Positions 1 to 12,034 of a DNA stretch of 64,000 nt are shown one piece after another. Position numbers and translations under genes: made by a program. The stretch is from Chiloscyllium plagiosum (Eukaryota). The notes below the pieces were generated by a model. That model did not search any database and was not told the origin of the DNA. It saw nothing but the letters and a program-made list of their open reading frames with translations. Position 1 is the stretch's first letter; every line of letters starts with the position of its first letter. Where the stretch lies: positions 7,429,117 to 7,493,116 of the forward strand of contig NC_057720.1 of the NCBI RefSeq assembly GCF_004010195.1, given 5' to 3'.

Positions 1-509
1 ACAGTGAGACATGATTCATTGACAAGTTACAGATCTGGAGCGTCGCCAACTTGCACACTGGTGTCCTCAAGACTTCAAATGAACCTCAGCAGGCAATGAG
101 ACATTTTTCAAAGTGCAAGCAGCCATTGTTAGGAAGGCCATGGGTAACCTGCACACAGCAAGATCCCACAAACATGGTGGTGAGGCCTATTCCATGATGC
201 TGGTAGAAGGTCACATGCTGGACAGTGACCTCAGGAGACTTTGCAGTGCTTTTCTGGACAGCTATCATGCAAGGTCGCACTTTTACAGGTCAGCCAAGAG
301 GACAGCACCTCCCAGTTACTAAAACCTGTATGTGCAAGCGAAAGAAATGCAGCAAGACTCTTTGCAGTCTCGAGGGGGTCTGCCTTTCAGGACAGATTTT
401 TTCCTGTCCTCTCAAGAGGAGGACAGGAAAGAGGAAAGATAGTAAGCTAATAATTGGCCAACAATCTATCCTTGGCCCACAACGAAGAAACTTATTTTTT
501 TCTTTGTTA

Positions 510-620
510 TTGTTTTATCGATGTGGGCGTGACTGGAAGGCCAGCACTTATTGCCAATTCCTAACTGCCCTTGCACAGATTGGCTTGCTTGGCCATTTCT
601 GAGGACAGTTAAGAGTCATA
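510..620 (-). mobile_element. 3' end fragment of the L2/CR1-clade LINE family seen at 9990-11535
   Basis: gatgtgggcgtgactggaaggccagcacttattgccaattcctaactgcccttg is the reverse complement of the 3' tail at 11465-11525 (caagggcaactcgggacggg...ctgggcagccagcaaagcccacatt). Confidence 0.6.
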
Positions 621-1354
621 GAGAGACAGACAACCACACTGCTGATCCAAAATAGGTAATGATGGCAAATTTCTTTCAGACCCTTTTCGTATTTCTTCAT
701 TTTTCTGTCTTTATATTTGATGCTTTAGTTTATTTTTCTGTATTTTAAGATGACACTGAAAGTGGTTGACACTATACAACACTTTTCATTGCATTTTGTA
801 ACAAAATACACGTGACAGCAAATAAATCGAAAGAGCATTTCTGAAGCCATTAAGATTTGGCATCATCCATGGTCATGGTCATCATTCCTGTGACTGGCTT
901 AATTCCTGACTTGTCATTTTAATTCGAATTTTACCAGCTGCTGCGGAAGGATTTAACAACAGTCTGGGCCTCTGGATTATTCATTCAGTGACGATAGACA
1001 TCCACAACACCAGCACATCCCCTCAACAACTGGTCTCTTTGCTGTGAGTGGGATGTTGCTGTGTTCAAATTGGCACATGATAACACTGACTCTGTACCAC
1101 TCTAAATCCAGTACCGGAGAAAGGCCACGCTGTGATTTGACAGATCCTGTGGAATATGGAACTAGCTACACAGTGAAGGTCTTCCACAAGCCTTCCATCA
1201 GGAGATAGCTGACAAACACTGGGTCTTCACAAATTTAAAAAGGGGCACTTTATAAAGACCTTGCGAGAGCAGGAGGTCCCAAAGTGTCTCCCCGTCAATA
1301 AAGCCAGTGAAGAGTAATCCCTCATGTAATATAGGAAAGATAACACAGCAAGCT

Positions 1355-1451
1355 TCCATTCCTCATGAAGGGATCCGGCCTGAAACTTCGATTTTCCTGC
1401 TCCTCGGATGCTGCCTGACTTGCTGTGCTTTTCCAGCACCACACTCTCAAC
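1355..1451 (+). mobile_element. Penelope-like short element (family A tail) with degenerate hammerhead core
   Basis: attcctcatgaagggatccggcctgaaacttcgattttcctgctcctcggatgctgcctgacttgctgtgcttttccagcacc; same family as 22610-22830 and 27127-27219; core mutated (CTCATGA, GAAACTTC). Confidence 0.75.
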
Positions 1452-1547
1452 CTCAAGCTCCCACAAACAGTAATCTGATAACAATCTGTTCTTACAATGC
1501 TGCTGGAGGATACATGTTAGTTTTGGGTGGGGATTGGGATGTGGGTA

Positions 1548-1577
1548 GGAGACAGAGAGAAAGAGAGTAAGATAGAT

Positions 1578-1610
<33 letters not shown>

Positions 1611-1650
1611 CAGAGACAGAGTGACAGAGAGAGTGACAGAGAGAGAGAAG
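1548..1650. repeat. (GA)n / GACA-type microsatellite
   Basis: Visible purine-rich dinucleotide repeat. Confidence 0.95.
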
Positions 1651-1761
1651 ACTTCACTTCTGCTTTGAAATAGTACCATAAGCTTTAAGAGCAAGTGCTG
1701 AACTTGGACCCAAACCCACAAGCTGCTGACTGGAGCCCAACACCAATTGTGTGACTAATGT

Positions 1762-1930
1762 CCAGAGGAAGTGGTAAATGCAGGTACAGTTACAACATGA
1801 AATTTAAATTTGGACAGGTGCATGAATAGGAATATAAGGGTTCAGAGGTTTCTGGGCCAAACCCCAGCAAATGAGACCAAGTTTGGGACACATGGTTGAC
1901 ATGGAGGGTCTGTTTCCATGCTGTATGACT
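1762..1930 (+). mobile_element. CR1-clade LINE 3' end fragment
   Basis: ccagaggaagtggtaaatgcaggtacagttaca...ttggacagg..atgaatagg...gggtctgtttccatgctgtatgactct; shared with many copies in the window. Confidence 0.75.
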
Positions 1931-2770
1931 CTGAAACTACTTTTACAAGAGAGTGAAATTGATACTGTCATCTTATCTAAGGTAAGGGGCAGGATTAGAA
2001 GGGGATGCAAGGAAACGTTCTTTCACCAAGGGGGTGGTGGGAATCAGGAACTCGCTGCCTGTACGGGTGGGAGAGGCAGAAACACTCATCACATTGAAGA
2101 AGTATTTAGTTGTGCACTTGTGATGCCAAAAGGCATGCAAGGCTTTGGGGGAAGTGCAGAAAATGGAATGAGAACAGCTTGTTTTTGATTGGCACAGACC
2201 TGATAGGCTGAAGGGGCTTTTTCTGTAAGTGGACCCTCTTACATTTCTATGGCATCCTGTCACACAGCTATGGCCCCAATCCGAATGTCCAGTCATACTG
2301 ATATGACAGCCAGAAGGGAAACGATGGGGCATTTTCCCCATCACCCATGACTGTAACTTTGTACATGGTCAGGGTTGATTTTGCATTCAGACTGTGTGAT
2401 GTAACTATCCCTCACATGCTGCATTGTGCATGGATAATACAGTAAAAAGGGGATTAAAATCACAACTTAAACAGATGTCATGCTAATTAAAACAATACGC
2501 TAGTGAAAAGCGACCTCACATTCACAAGGCAATGTACCACGCACCTCAGAAACATTGCAAACACACTTCCAAAATTATGTCTGCTCTTGGCTGCAGCTGT
2601 TAAAGCTGGCCAGGTCACAAGACCATCATCTCAGAGAAAAGCAGCTGAACAAACTGAAAGGGCCAAAGGGCCTCCTCCTATTCAAAGTTACATAGTCTGA
2701 CACAGTAACCATTTTGTGTCTAGTGATAACCAACCAATGAAACTGATATCATGTGTTAACGCTTCTCAAG

Positions 2771-3082
2771 AGACAGTGGCACAGTGGTTAGCACTGCTGC
2801 CTCACAATGCCAGAGACCCGGGTTCAATTCCTGCCTCAGGCGACTGACTGTGTGGAGTTTGCACATTCTCCCCTGTCTGCGTGGGTTTCCTCCGGGTGCT
2901 CCGGTTTCCTCCCACAGTCCAAAGATGTGCAGGTCAGGTGAATTGGCCAAGCTAAAATTGCCCATAGTGTTAGGTAAGGGGTAAATGTAGGGGTATGGGT
3001 GGGTTGCGCTTCGGCGGGTCGGTGTGGACTTGTTGGGCCGAAGGGCCTGTTTCCACACTGTAATGTAATCTAATCTAATCTA
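2771..3082 (+). mobile_element. HE1-type tRNA-derived V-SINE, near full length
   Basis: tRNA-like head with A/B boxes (ggcacagtggttagcactgctgcctcac...gggttcaattcc), V-domain (ctgtgtggagtttgcacattctcccc...ggtttcctccgggtgctccggtttcctcccaca), LINE-derived tail gggccgaagggcctgtttccacactg + (taatc)n. Confidence 0.92.
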
Positions 3083-3603
3083 AAGAAGCAGCATTATCCT
3101 GGAGACCAGAAATTCTGACCATTTCAATTCATCACCCTCCAAGCCCCTGACCTGAACACCCCACAACAGTGGCAGGTAATCTTTCATAACCATCTGCTGG
3201 GATCACCATCACACTGGGTCCGCTCTTCATAGCACATTAAATCTCGTTGCCCTTCCCTTAATCATGCTGACCTCCTGAGAATTCCTGACGCCAGTTCCTT
3301 TATTGCTCAAAAAAGTAATTTCATTTGGGCTGCGAAAATCAGATTCAAAGTGAATATTTTCAAATTACAGGGAGCTGCTGATGCTCAGAGGAGAGGGGCA
3401 CTTTGTCATTTATTTTGTGACTGACTGTTCTACACGTTAATTTCTGTTTGTCTGCTGGAATGTAGGATCATCATTAATGCAGTGGAAAGTCGCAGCCTTT
3501 TCCCCTACAAACCCATGAGGGGTGAACTTCTGGGATGGTAACTGGTGCTAAAGAATCAAATTCTTTTGCCTGTCAGTCCCAGGCATTCCTCGGTCAGGTA
3601 AGA

Positions 3604-3820
3604 TACAGGTCATGCAGCTATAACATGCGTTTCGTCAACACAAATTTGCTGTAATGTGATTGACGAATCGGGGATACTGTTTCTAAAGCGCGAACTTTTA
3701 AAACGTGTATTTTGTGTAATGTGATTACATCGCCAACACTTTAAGGCGCTGTTTCCAAAATGCAATATTTCTTTAAGGTGGGGTTGCACAAGAATGCAAC
3801 TATCGTGTTACTGACTGTGC
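3604..3820 (+). mobile_element. Tc1/mariner (Tigger-like) MITE, degenerate
   Basis: Starts tacagg..ctataac; clearly homologous to 6693-6910 (shared tgtttctaaagcg..aactt, ttacatcgccaacactttaag, gttgcacaagaa), and that copy ends ctgcctgta. Confidence 0.6.
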
Positions 3821-3931
3821 ATAAAATAAGGAACCGTCATTTGTGAGATGCTTTTGCAAGATTTGTGAAGGTTTGTAGCTCAGGTTGAGATTTGGGGTGT
3901 AGGTTTGCTCGCTGAGCTGTCGGTTTGATAT

Positions 3932-3971
3932 CCAGACGTTTCGTTACCTGGCTAGGTAACATCGTCAGTGG
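3932..3971 (-). ncRNA. Minimal type-I hammerhead ribozyme (intact core) in the Penelope 3' pLTR
   Basis: Minus strand reads CCA-CUGACGA-U-GUUACCU(AGCC)AGGUAAC-GAAA-CGUC^UGG: stem I CCA/UGG, perfect 7-bp stem II, palindromic ACGU in place of stem III, GUC cleavage triplet. Confidence 0.88.
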
Positions 3972-4215
3972 CGACCTCCAAGTGAAGTTTCACCACATTC
4001 CATTGCTTGGCCCAATACATGTGTTACATTATGATTCACACATGTATTGGGACATAATTTTACACCACAGGCATCTAGATCTATGTGTTTGTTTATGGCG
4101 TTGTAGTTGGAGTGCCAGGCCTCTAGGAATTCTCTGGCATGTCTTTGCTTAGCCTGTCCCAGGATAGATGTGTTGTCCCAGTCGAAATGGTGGTTTTTGT
4201 CATCCGTGTGTAGGG

Positions 4216-4700
4216 CTACAAGGGAGAGAGGTCATGTCTTTTTGTAGCAAGCTGGTGTTCATGTATCCTGGTGGCTAACTTTCTTCCTGTTTGTCCTACG
4301 TAGTGTTTGTGGCAGTCCTTGCATGGAATTTTGTAGATGACGTTGGTTTTGTCCATGGGTTGTACTGGGTCTATAAAGTTTGTTAGGTTTTGTTTGAGAG
4401 AGTTGGTGGGTTTGTGTGCTATTAGGATTCCGAGGGGTCTCAGTAGTCTGGCTGTCATTTCTGAAACTTCTTTGATATATGGTAAGGTGGTTAGGGTTTC
4501 TGGCTGTGTTTGGTCTGCTTGTCGTGGTTTGTTCTTGAGGAATCTGCGGGCTGTATTTTTTGAGCATCCGTTCTTCTTGAATACGTCGTATAGGTGGTTC
4601 TCCTCTGTTTTCCGAAGTTCGTCTGTGCTGCAGTGTGTGGTGGCTCATTGGAATAGTGTTCTGATACAGCTTCGTTTATGTGTGTTGGGATGGTTGCTGG
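4216..4700 (-). pseudogene. Decayed Penelope ORF segment (RT thumb/linker plus GIY-YIG endonuclease)
   Basis: ORF 4216-4458 plus in-frame upstream extension with one in-frame stop; frameshift after RHDL. Confidence 0.85.
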
Positions 4701-4741
4701 TTGGTAATGTGATTGATGGTGGTTGGGGAGCATCACACACA

Positions 4742-4817
4742 CCCCAACCACCATCAATCACATTATCAACAAAAACATCATGAAGCTAGTGGACCTGTGC
4801 TTCACCACCCACTTCAC
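4742..4817 (+). mobile_element. Inverted Penelope RT fragment (IMKLVDLCFTTHF)
   Basis: atcatgaagctagtggacctgtgcttcaccacccacttc translates to IMKLVDLCFTTHF, resembling the PLE RT segment that precedes the conserved QxxGxxMG motif; opposite orientation to its flanks. Confidence 0.65.
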
Positions 4818-5189
4818 TGTATCCTGGTGGCTAACTTTCTTCCTGTTTGTCCTATGTAGTGTTTGTGGCAGTCCTTGCATGGAATTTTGTAGATGACGTT
4901 GGTTTTGTCCATGGGATGTACTGGGTCTTTTAAGTTTGTTAGTTTTTGTTTAGGAGTGTTGGTGGATTTGTGTGCTACTAGGATTCCGAGCGGTCTTAGT
5001 AGTCTGGCTGTCATTTCTGAAACTTCTTTGATGTATGTATGGTAAGGCGGTTAGGGTTTTTGGCTGTGTTTGTGCTTTTCACAATCTCAGACATAACTTT
5101 GCCGTTTTGTACTTTTTGTTACGGTTGCAATATAAGAAACGCCTCAACCAATTTGTACCCAGGAAACCACCGCCAGCGGCAACAATTAA

Positions 5190-5695
5190 ATGTTTTGAAG
5201 AAAATTTTCTTTATCAATATGTAAATGCTCCTACTAGAGCAAGTGCAAGACTTGATCTTTTCTTGGGAAATAAGGCAAGGCAAGTGACTAAAGTGATAGT
5301 AGGGGAACACTTTGGGTCTAGTGATCAGAATGTGTTGCTGGAAAAGCTCAGCAGGTCAGGCAGCATCAAAGGAGAATGAGAATCGACATTTCGGACATAA
5401 GCCCTTCTTCAGGCTTATGCCCGAAATGTCAATTCTCCTTCTCCTTTGATGCTGCCTGAACTGCTGCACTTTTCCAGCAACACATTTTTAAGCTCTGATC
5501 CCCAGCATCTGCAGTCCACACTTTCTTCTAGCGATCAGAACTCTATTTGTTGTAAAATAGTTCATGAAAAAGATAGGCTTCCATGAAAAAAAAATAAAGC
5601 TTTCAATTGGAGTAAGGCAAGTTTCGATGGGATGAGATAAGAACTTTCAAAAATTGGTTGGAGTGGACTGTTCACAGGTAAAGGAACATCTGCTT
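5190..5695 (+). mobile_element. CR1 LINE ORF2 endonuclease-region fragment, interrupted by a PLE short element
   Basis: Translates ENFLYQYVNAPTRASARLDLFLGNK...VGEHFGSSD (APE endonuclease C-terminal LD and SD[H] motifs). Confidence 0.8.
5331..5526. mobile_element. Penelope-like inverted (palindromic) short element, family A, with near-intact minus-strand hammerhead at 5383-5413
   Basis: Arms tgtgttgctggaaaag...gaatcgacatttcgg / ccgaaatgtcaattc...ttttccagcaacaca plus an unpaired tail; 14-bp TSD tctag(t/c)gatcagaa at 5317-5330 and 5527-5540; minus strand CUGAAGA-A-GGGC(UUAU)GUCC-GAAA-UGUC. Confidence 0.85.
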
Positions 5696-5984
5696 ACACA
5701 GCTACAATGAAAAATATTTTATCACGGTGGAGTTCCCTACAGTTAAGCACTATTATCTGAAGCTATGTGAATTAATCGTGACAGTAATGCAACAGATTGT
5801 CCCTACAACTCACTCTTTTTACTGCCAGATGTGAACACATTAAGTGTCACCTTACTTACAATCAGTAATATCACTGACTGTAACTCTCCAACTCCTGCGA
5901 GAAATTCCCTGCGCTGTCCACTGTATGGCCTGATTCTTGGATAAAGCGTTACCTTCTGGGGAAAGATTGAAAGCTGAATATTTG

Positions 5985-6375
5985 ATGTTTAATGAGAGGA
6001 CGTTCTGTTGACCATATAAGACTCGTCACGGTGCTCACTGAGCAAATGGTTCCTCACGTGTGGGAGACACTAGAATGTTTGGGATGGTTAGGGGCACAAC
6101 TTAAAGATAGTCTGTCAGTTGAGACAAAAAGTGAGAAGACATTTCTTCCTTCAGGCTTCATTCATCTTTGAAATTCACATCCACAGTAGGCAGCAGAGGC
6201 CTGGGTCATTGAAAATATTCCATGCTGAGTTGGACAGATTTTTCGCTGATGAGGGAATCAAGGTTTAAAGGGGACAGGCAGGAAAATGCAATTTCAAATC
6301 ACATCAATCCACGATCACACTGATTGGCGGAACAGGCTTGGTGGGCCGAATGGCCTCCTCCTACTCCTGATCTTA
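5985..6375 (+). mobile_element. CR1-clade LINE 3' fragment (old)
   Basis: aggggcacaacttaaagata...gagttggacagattttt...aagggaatcaagg...ggtgggccgaatggcctcctcctactcct. Confidence 0.65.
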
Positions 6376-6692
6376 TGATGGATTTATGCTCAGGCTGTAC
6401 AGCTGATGCTACTTTGATCAGGCCTGGTCTCCTTCCCATATCTCCTTAGACCCTGGTTTCCTTTCATGAAGAAGTGACCGCTCTGGTTGGGGGTTTTGGA
6501 TTTGAAGTCCATGTACCCAAACCATCCAATACACACTGACCTGAACCAAACTGAGAGGTCGTATAAATGGCAGAGGTCTCGCTTTTTGGGTAATTTACAC
6601 AAGCCCTTTTTGTTCCAGGCACACACATTTATTGACCACACCCCAAAGTTGCAATTCATTATTGCAACTCCTCGTAAAAATTAATACTTTAT

Positions 6693-6910
6693 ATGCAGAT
6701 TCGCTCTGCTACAATGTGTTAATTCAAACTTGCTGTAACGCAATTGATGAATTGGGGACGTTGTTTCTAAAGCGTAAACTTGTAAAACATGCATTGGCTG
6801 TTACGAAATTACATCGCCAACACTTTAAGTGCCGTTTCTAAATCGCAATTGTTCTACAATGCACAGTTGCACAAGAACACAACCATTGCCTTTTCGAAGA
6901 GCTGCCTGTA
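6693..6910 (+). mobile_element. Tc1/mariner (Tigger-like) MITE, second copy
   Basis: Homologous to 3604-3820; ends gctgcctgTA. Confidence 0.6.
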
Positions 6911-9900
6911 ACAATAATCTCCTAGATATCAAGTCCAGAGTCACCTTGAAGCTCCTACCCCACCCCACTTTCCTTCTTCCTTGAACAGGCAAAGACACCA
7001 ACGTGACCGTAAAGTGCCACCCTCAATTTCAGAGGCCAAACCCCATCAGACTTCCAAACTCTCTGACCCTCAGGTAAAACCTGGTATGGCTGTCTGCAGA
7101 GACGGAGCCATCTCTCTGGAGATTGGTAAAGCCCGGGAGGTTAGTCAGTTTACAGGACAGGCAGTCTAATCTCACCCTAGCTTCGACCCTTATCGATTGT
7201 ACGACCTACCTCTGCTTCTTCTGCCTCCTCCAACTTTATATCCATGCTGCTATACTCCTTTAATTCCACAGGCTTCAGTTTTGCTGACACATCTGCTGTA
7301 AGACGTCTTGCCAATTGCCTTTAGGAAATCAATATACACCACAACAATCATATTACCTCATCAACCTTCTGTTAGCTCATCAAACAACTCAATCAGGTCA
7401 GTTAAAATACACTTTGCCCAACAAAACTCCACCCTCTTTTCATCTGCCTAATCTAAATGTATTCCAGTAACCTGTTAACTCTGCCCTGGATTATTATCTC
7501 TGAAGGTTTTTCTTACCACTGAAATTAAAATGACTGGTGCCTATTGCTGGGCTTATCCTCACCTTTGTGTCGACATGAAGAGGAGGGAAATAGGCCAGGA
7601 GCAGGCAGGTGAGACCAGTTCAGTTTGGAATTGTGTTCAGCATGGACTGGTTGGACCAAAGGGTTTGTTTCCATGCTGTATGACTCCATGACTTGTAATT
7701 CTTCAGTCCTCTATGTCCCCCGCCCCATATCTAAAGAAAACTGGAAGATAACGCTAAGGTAGCTCCGTCATTATCTTCAGAAATAATTCACCTGATCTCG
7801 GTGACTTACCAACTGAACCTACAGCCAGCTTTTTCCTCGTTAACAGCTTTAATCACATTTACCTCCAGATTCACTGGATGACCGCACAATCCAGCAAGGT
7901 TGTGTCCATTTAAGTTTACATCGTGACACTCTAGTATAAAGATGCCGACCCTTCACCGACAATTGGCACAATCCAATGAATTGTAGCGTTGGCCATGCGT
8001 AACGCTACTGTGTCATGTCGTGTCATGTGAAGCAGAGAAGTTGGTCTAAGATCTTCAGTCTTATAATTGAAGAAAGTCTTTCACACACAGAAGGCTGTGA
8101 GGGTCTGCAATGCACTGCCTGGGAGGGTGGTTGAGGCAGGAAACCTCATAACCTTTAATCAACACTTAAAATGTCATATCGTTCCAGCCACGGGCCTGGT
8201 GGGAGAAAGAGGGACGGGTGTAGGAAGTGGCGTACTTTCAGTGACACAGAGGCAATGACCCAAAAGGTCTCTTCTGGACTGCATTTTTCTATAAAAGTGT
8301 ACATCCTCAAGTGTTGTTAAAAAAATCTGTTTCAACAAGAAGCCCTCTTTGAGGTAAATATTCTATGGGGCTATTATATGGGGCAGGACTCAGATCCTAT
8401 TACACTGACAGTGTTGTTTGACCCAAGGAAGCACGTCTAACTTTGGCAACACCCATTGGTAAACACAGATTCAAAAATACTCACTTAGTACCTCAACCAT
8501 GCCCTTGGTTCCACGCCTGAATTCCTTTTGTGGTGTCTCTACTTCTCCTTGTTAGCATTCACAAAGGAATTTTGGATGCCCTTGTGTGCACTGAGTACCT
8601 ATGCGCTCTGCTCGTAATTGACTTTCCCCTTCTGATATCTCTGTAACCACTTGGCTCCCATTTGTATTACCAGGAGAAAGTCCACCCACTTCCCCTCTGC
8701 TGCTCACTCTGTTCCACCTTCCGAGGGACTCTCAGTCAATTGAGTCAATCTTCGAGGCAGGTATGAGGCACTGGGGTGGGCTCACTCAGAACCGATGGAG
8801 ATTTCCCAAGTTCATCCACAGGCAGGTGGCAAAGGGCGACTGGGTCACAATCAATTAGGCCGGGAGGTACCATTAGGAGGTAAGGCCAGTTTCCAATGCA
8901 CTGCACCACCCAGTTCCTGCAAACCCATTCCTGCGATAACGAAACAAAATCTCAGATAAGCCCACACAAGTTAACATTTCTACTTGTTTATAAAGTGGAA
9001 CCGGGGCATAGCAACCAGTGTGATGTCATTGCAGGGAAACAGGAAAGCATTAAAAATCTCAAATGAGTTGCTAATGGGTACGTGTAAAAACATAACTTCT
9101 CACTTTTGAAGGAATGACACAACAATAGAAAAAAAAATACAGGTATTGCAGATTTTATTTTTTTCCCTTGTGAACTAAGTCAGAGCTGTTCGGAATCCGA
9201 GCACTTTAGAAGTAACCACTTGGCTCCCATTAGCGATCATCCAGTGAGCAAGCGTAGCCTCCCACAGCTGGGAAAGGGACTGGCCAAGCATTTTCCAAAT
9301 CAGTTAACAAGTGACCAGTCCAGGGGAGGTTCTTGGTCAGTGAGCCAGGATGGGGATTACTCCTGCTCCCGTTAGAACTCTCAGACACGGAGCAGCACGT
9401 ATCACACCGAGACAGAAAGCGAGTGAGAGGAAAAGCCAACATTCTAGCTACAATTCCCCCTGTACAATGAGGTAGAGGTAGACTTTGTGTCTGCAGCCAG
9501 GTGGGCAGGAGTAAAATGGAGTCAACCCACAATGCACCTGCAGCAAAAGGGAGGCCACCAACGAAGAGCTGGAATGAGGATTAAACACACACATGTCACA
9601 GGAACAGCTGATATTTGTGGGTTACAGGTCCCAAGGCAAGCTAGCTCAGATCAGCAAAGAATCTGCAGTTCCACTGAGCTCATAATGTCAAACATGTGAT
9701 CTCGATGTGGCAAACAACTCAGACAAATTTAAGCTAAATAAATACACAAGGGATAAAGGAGTAGATGGGTATTCTGATAGAGTTACATGAAGAAGGGAAG
9801 CAGGGTTGGAGTGAAAGTACCAAAGTAGATTAATTGGGCCAATTCCACGTTCTACATTCAACACAAGCTCACCCATTCAGGCCAATTGTTGATCACCCTC

Positions 9901-10335
9901 TTGTTGCGGTGTATCTGACAGTATTATTCCAGGTTAACATTATGCATCAACAAACAACAGGTGGAAGAGCAAAGGGGAACTAGAGAGATGGCTAACAGTG
10001 CTATCAAGCTGCACCTGCTCAGTGACGCCCAGTATGGGTTCCACCAGGGCCACTCAGCTCCTGACTTCATTACAGCCTTGATTCAAACATGGACAAAGAA
10101 GGTGGACAGCAGAGGCGAGGTGAGAGTGATAGCCCTTGACATCAAGGCCACATTTGACCAAGTGTGGCATCGTGGAGCCCTAGCAAAACTAGAATCAATG
10201 GGTATCAGGGTGAAAACTCTCTGCTAGTTGCAATCATACCTGGCACATAGGAAGATGGTTGCCGGAGGTCAGTCATCTCAGCTCCAGGACACCTCTGCAA
10301 CAGTTCCTCAGAGTAGTGTCCTAGGCCCAAACATC

Positions 10336-10444
10336 TAGGAGAAAGTGAGGACTGCAGATGCTGGGGATCAGAGCTTAAAAATGTGTTGCTGGAAAAGCAC
10401 AGCGGGTCAGGCAGCATCCAGGGAGAAGGAGAATCGACATTTCG
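10336..10444 (-). mobile_element. Penelope-like short element (family A tail), 5'-truncated inside the hammerhead stem II
   Basis: aggagaaagtgaggactgcagatgctgg...gaatcgacatttcg; flanked by an 11-bp duplication ggcccaaacat (10324-10334, 10445-10455). Confidence 0.85.
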
Positions 10445-11134
10445 GGCCCAAACATTGTCAACTGCTTCATTAATGACTTTCCTTCCATCATCAGGTCAGA
10501 CGTGGGGGGTTTCACCAATGATTGCACAATGTTCAGCACCATTTGTGACGACTCAGATACTGAAGCTGTCTGGGTTCATACGCAACAAGATCTGGACAAT
10601 ATCCAGGCTTGAACTGACAAGTGGCAAGGAATATTTGCCTCTTGGCACTCAACAGCGTTACCATCAGTGAATCTCGCATTATTAAAATCCTTGAGGTTAC
10701 CATTGACCAGAAACTTTACTGGACATGCCACATAAACACAGTAGCTGCAAGTGCAGGTCAAAGGCTCGGAATACTGCAGTGAGGAACTCACTTCCTGACA
10801 CCTCAGAACCTGTCCACAATTCACAAGGCATAAGTCAGCAGTGTGATGGAATACTCCCCACTTGCCTGGATGGGTGCAGCTCCAACAACACTCAAGAAGC
10901 TTGACATCATTCAGCCCACTTGATCAGCACCACATTCACAACAGCCCCTCCCTCTACCACTGACACTCAGTAGCAGCAGTGTGTACTATCTGCAAGATGC
11001 GCTGCAGAAATTCACCAACGATCCTGCGACAGCGCATTCCAAACCCACAACCACTTCTTTCCAGATGGACAAGGGCAGCAGATACATCGCAACACCAACA
11101 CCTGCAAGTTCCCCTCCAAGCCAATCACTATTAT

Positions 11135-11335
11135 TTACTTACTGTCACATGTACCCAAGTGCAGTAAAAAGCTTTGTTTGCAAGCCATACAGACAGGACA
11201 TACAAATCATAGGGTGAAAAAGAATAGACAGAGGCATACAAGTTACATCACCCAGGCCCTGCACTAAGCAAGATCAAGGCCCGTGTTATTTGAAGTTAGA
11301 CTGTCCATTCATCAGTCTAATAGCTGCTCCTGAAT
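11135..11335 (-). mobile_element. Rex1/Babar-type LINE 3' end
   Basis: ttactgtcacatgtacccaagtgcagtaaaaagc...gtccattcatcagtctaata is the reverse complement of the Rex1-like tails at 23100-23310 and 36120-36345. Confidence 0.65.
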
Positions 11336-12034
11336 ATATATATGTGTGTGTGTGTGTGTGTGGTTTGAGAGTTGGAAATATATCGCTGTTCTTTCACTGT
11401 CATTAGGTCAAAATCCTGAAATTCCCTCCTTCAGGGCATTGTCAAGAAGACAGCTCACCCTAACCTTCTCAAGGGCAACTCGGGACGGGAAAAAAATACT
11501 GGGCAGCCAGCAAAGCCCACATTCTGCACATGACTAAAGGGTAAGGGGGCGGGAGGGGAGTGTTGGTGACTGAACCCAGTAACAATGAAGGGTGCCAGAA
11601 AACTTTTAAGGTAAATGCTACCTTTAAGGTTGTACAAGACATGCCAAAGCAATTACCATGGACACAATGAACTGAATAAATGATGCAGAGCCACAAAATG
11701 TGAGTGAGCTATCCAGACAGGTAACCAACAGCTTGGGCAATCTGATATTCCATGCATATTCTAGTCATTTGAATTCATGAGCTGCTGTACTTCCAACACT
11801 GAAGGAAGGTCACGATGAGTTAATTGTTCACTATTTAAACTACAAGTGGAAAGTGTTCAGATTTTAGTAGCATGTCCTGTACTGCAACTTCAAAAGGCAT
11901 GAGATGCCACCTCACAACTGTCCTTCCAACAGCGAGCGTGAGAGAACCAAACCCTTCCGAGCTTGTCAGCACAGTGCAGTCACACAAAAACGGAACAGGA
12001 GTCGGCCAATCTACAAATCCATGACCAATCGGAC

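Larger units (their letters stand above)
3858..5072 (-). mobile_element. Penelope-like retroelement (rearranged): RT C-terminus/linker, GIY-YIG endonuclease, and 3' pLTR with hammerhead
   Basis: Minus-strand translation ...NHPNTHKRSCIRTLFQ*ATTHCS...LPYIKEVSEMTARLLRPLGI...TNVIYKIPCKDCHKHYVGQTGRKLATRIHEH (VIY...YVG GIY-YIG motif with the CxxC typical of PLEs); second partial copy at 4818-5072. Confidence 0.92.
9985..11535 (+). mobile_element. L2/CR1-clade LINE, 3' ~1.2 kb of RT ORF plus 3' UTR, decayed, with two nested insertions
   Basis: HLLSDAQYGFHQGHSAPDFITALIQTWTKKVDSRGEVRVIALDIKATFDQVWH (RT QxGF and LDxxxAFD motifs), VPQSSVLGP, ...YLQDALQKFT; interrupted at 10336-10444 and ~11135-11350. 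Confidence 0.88.

Noticed and set aside
2771..2840. tRNA-like sequence (also at 13690, 31036, 36547, 57322)
   Set aside because: These are the tRNA-derived heads of HE1 SINEs, continuing into the V-domain; not tRNA genes.
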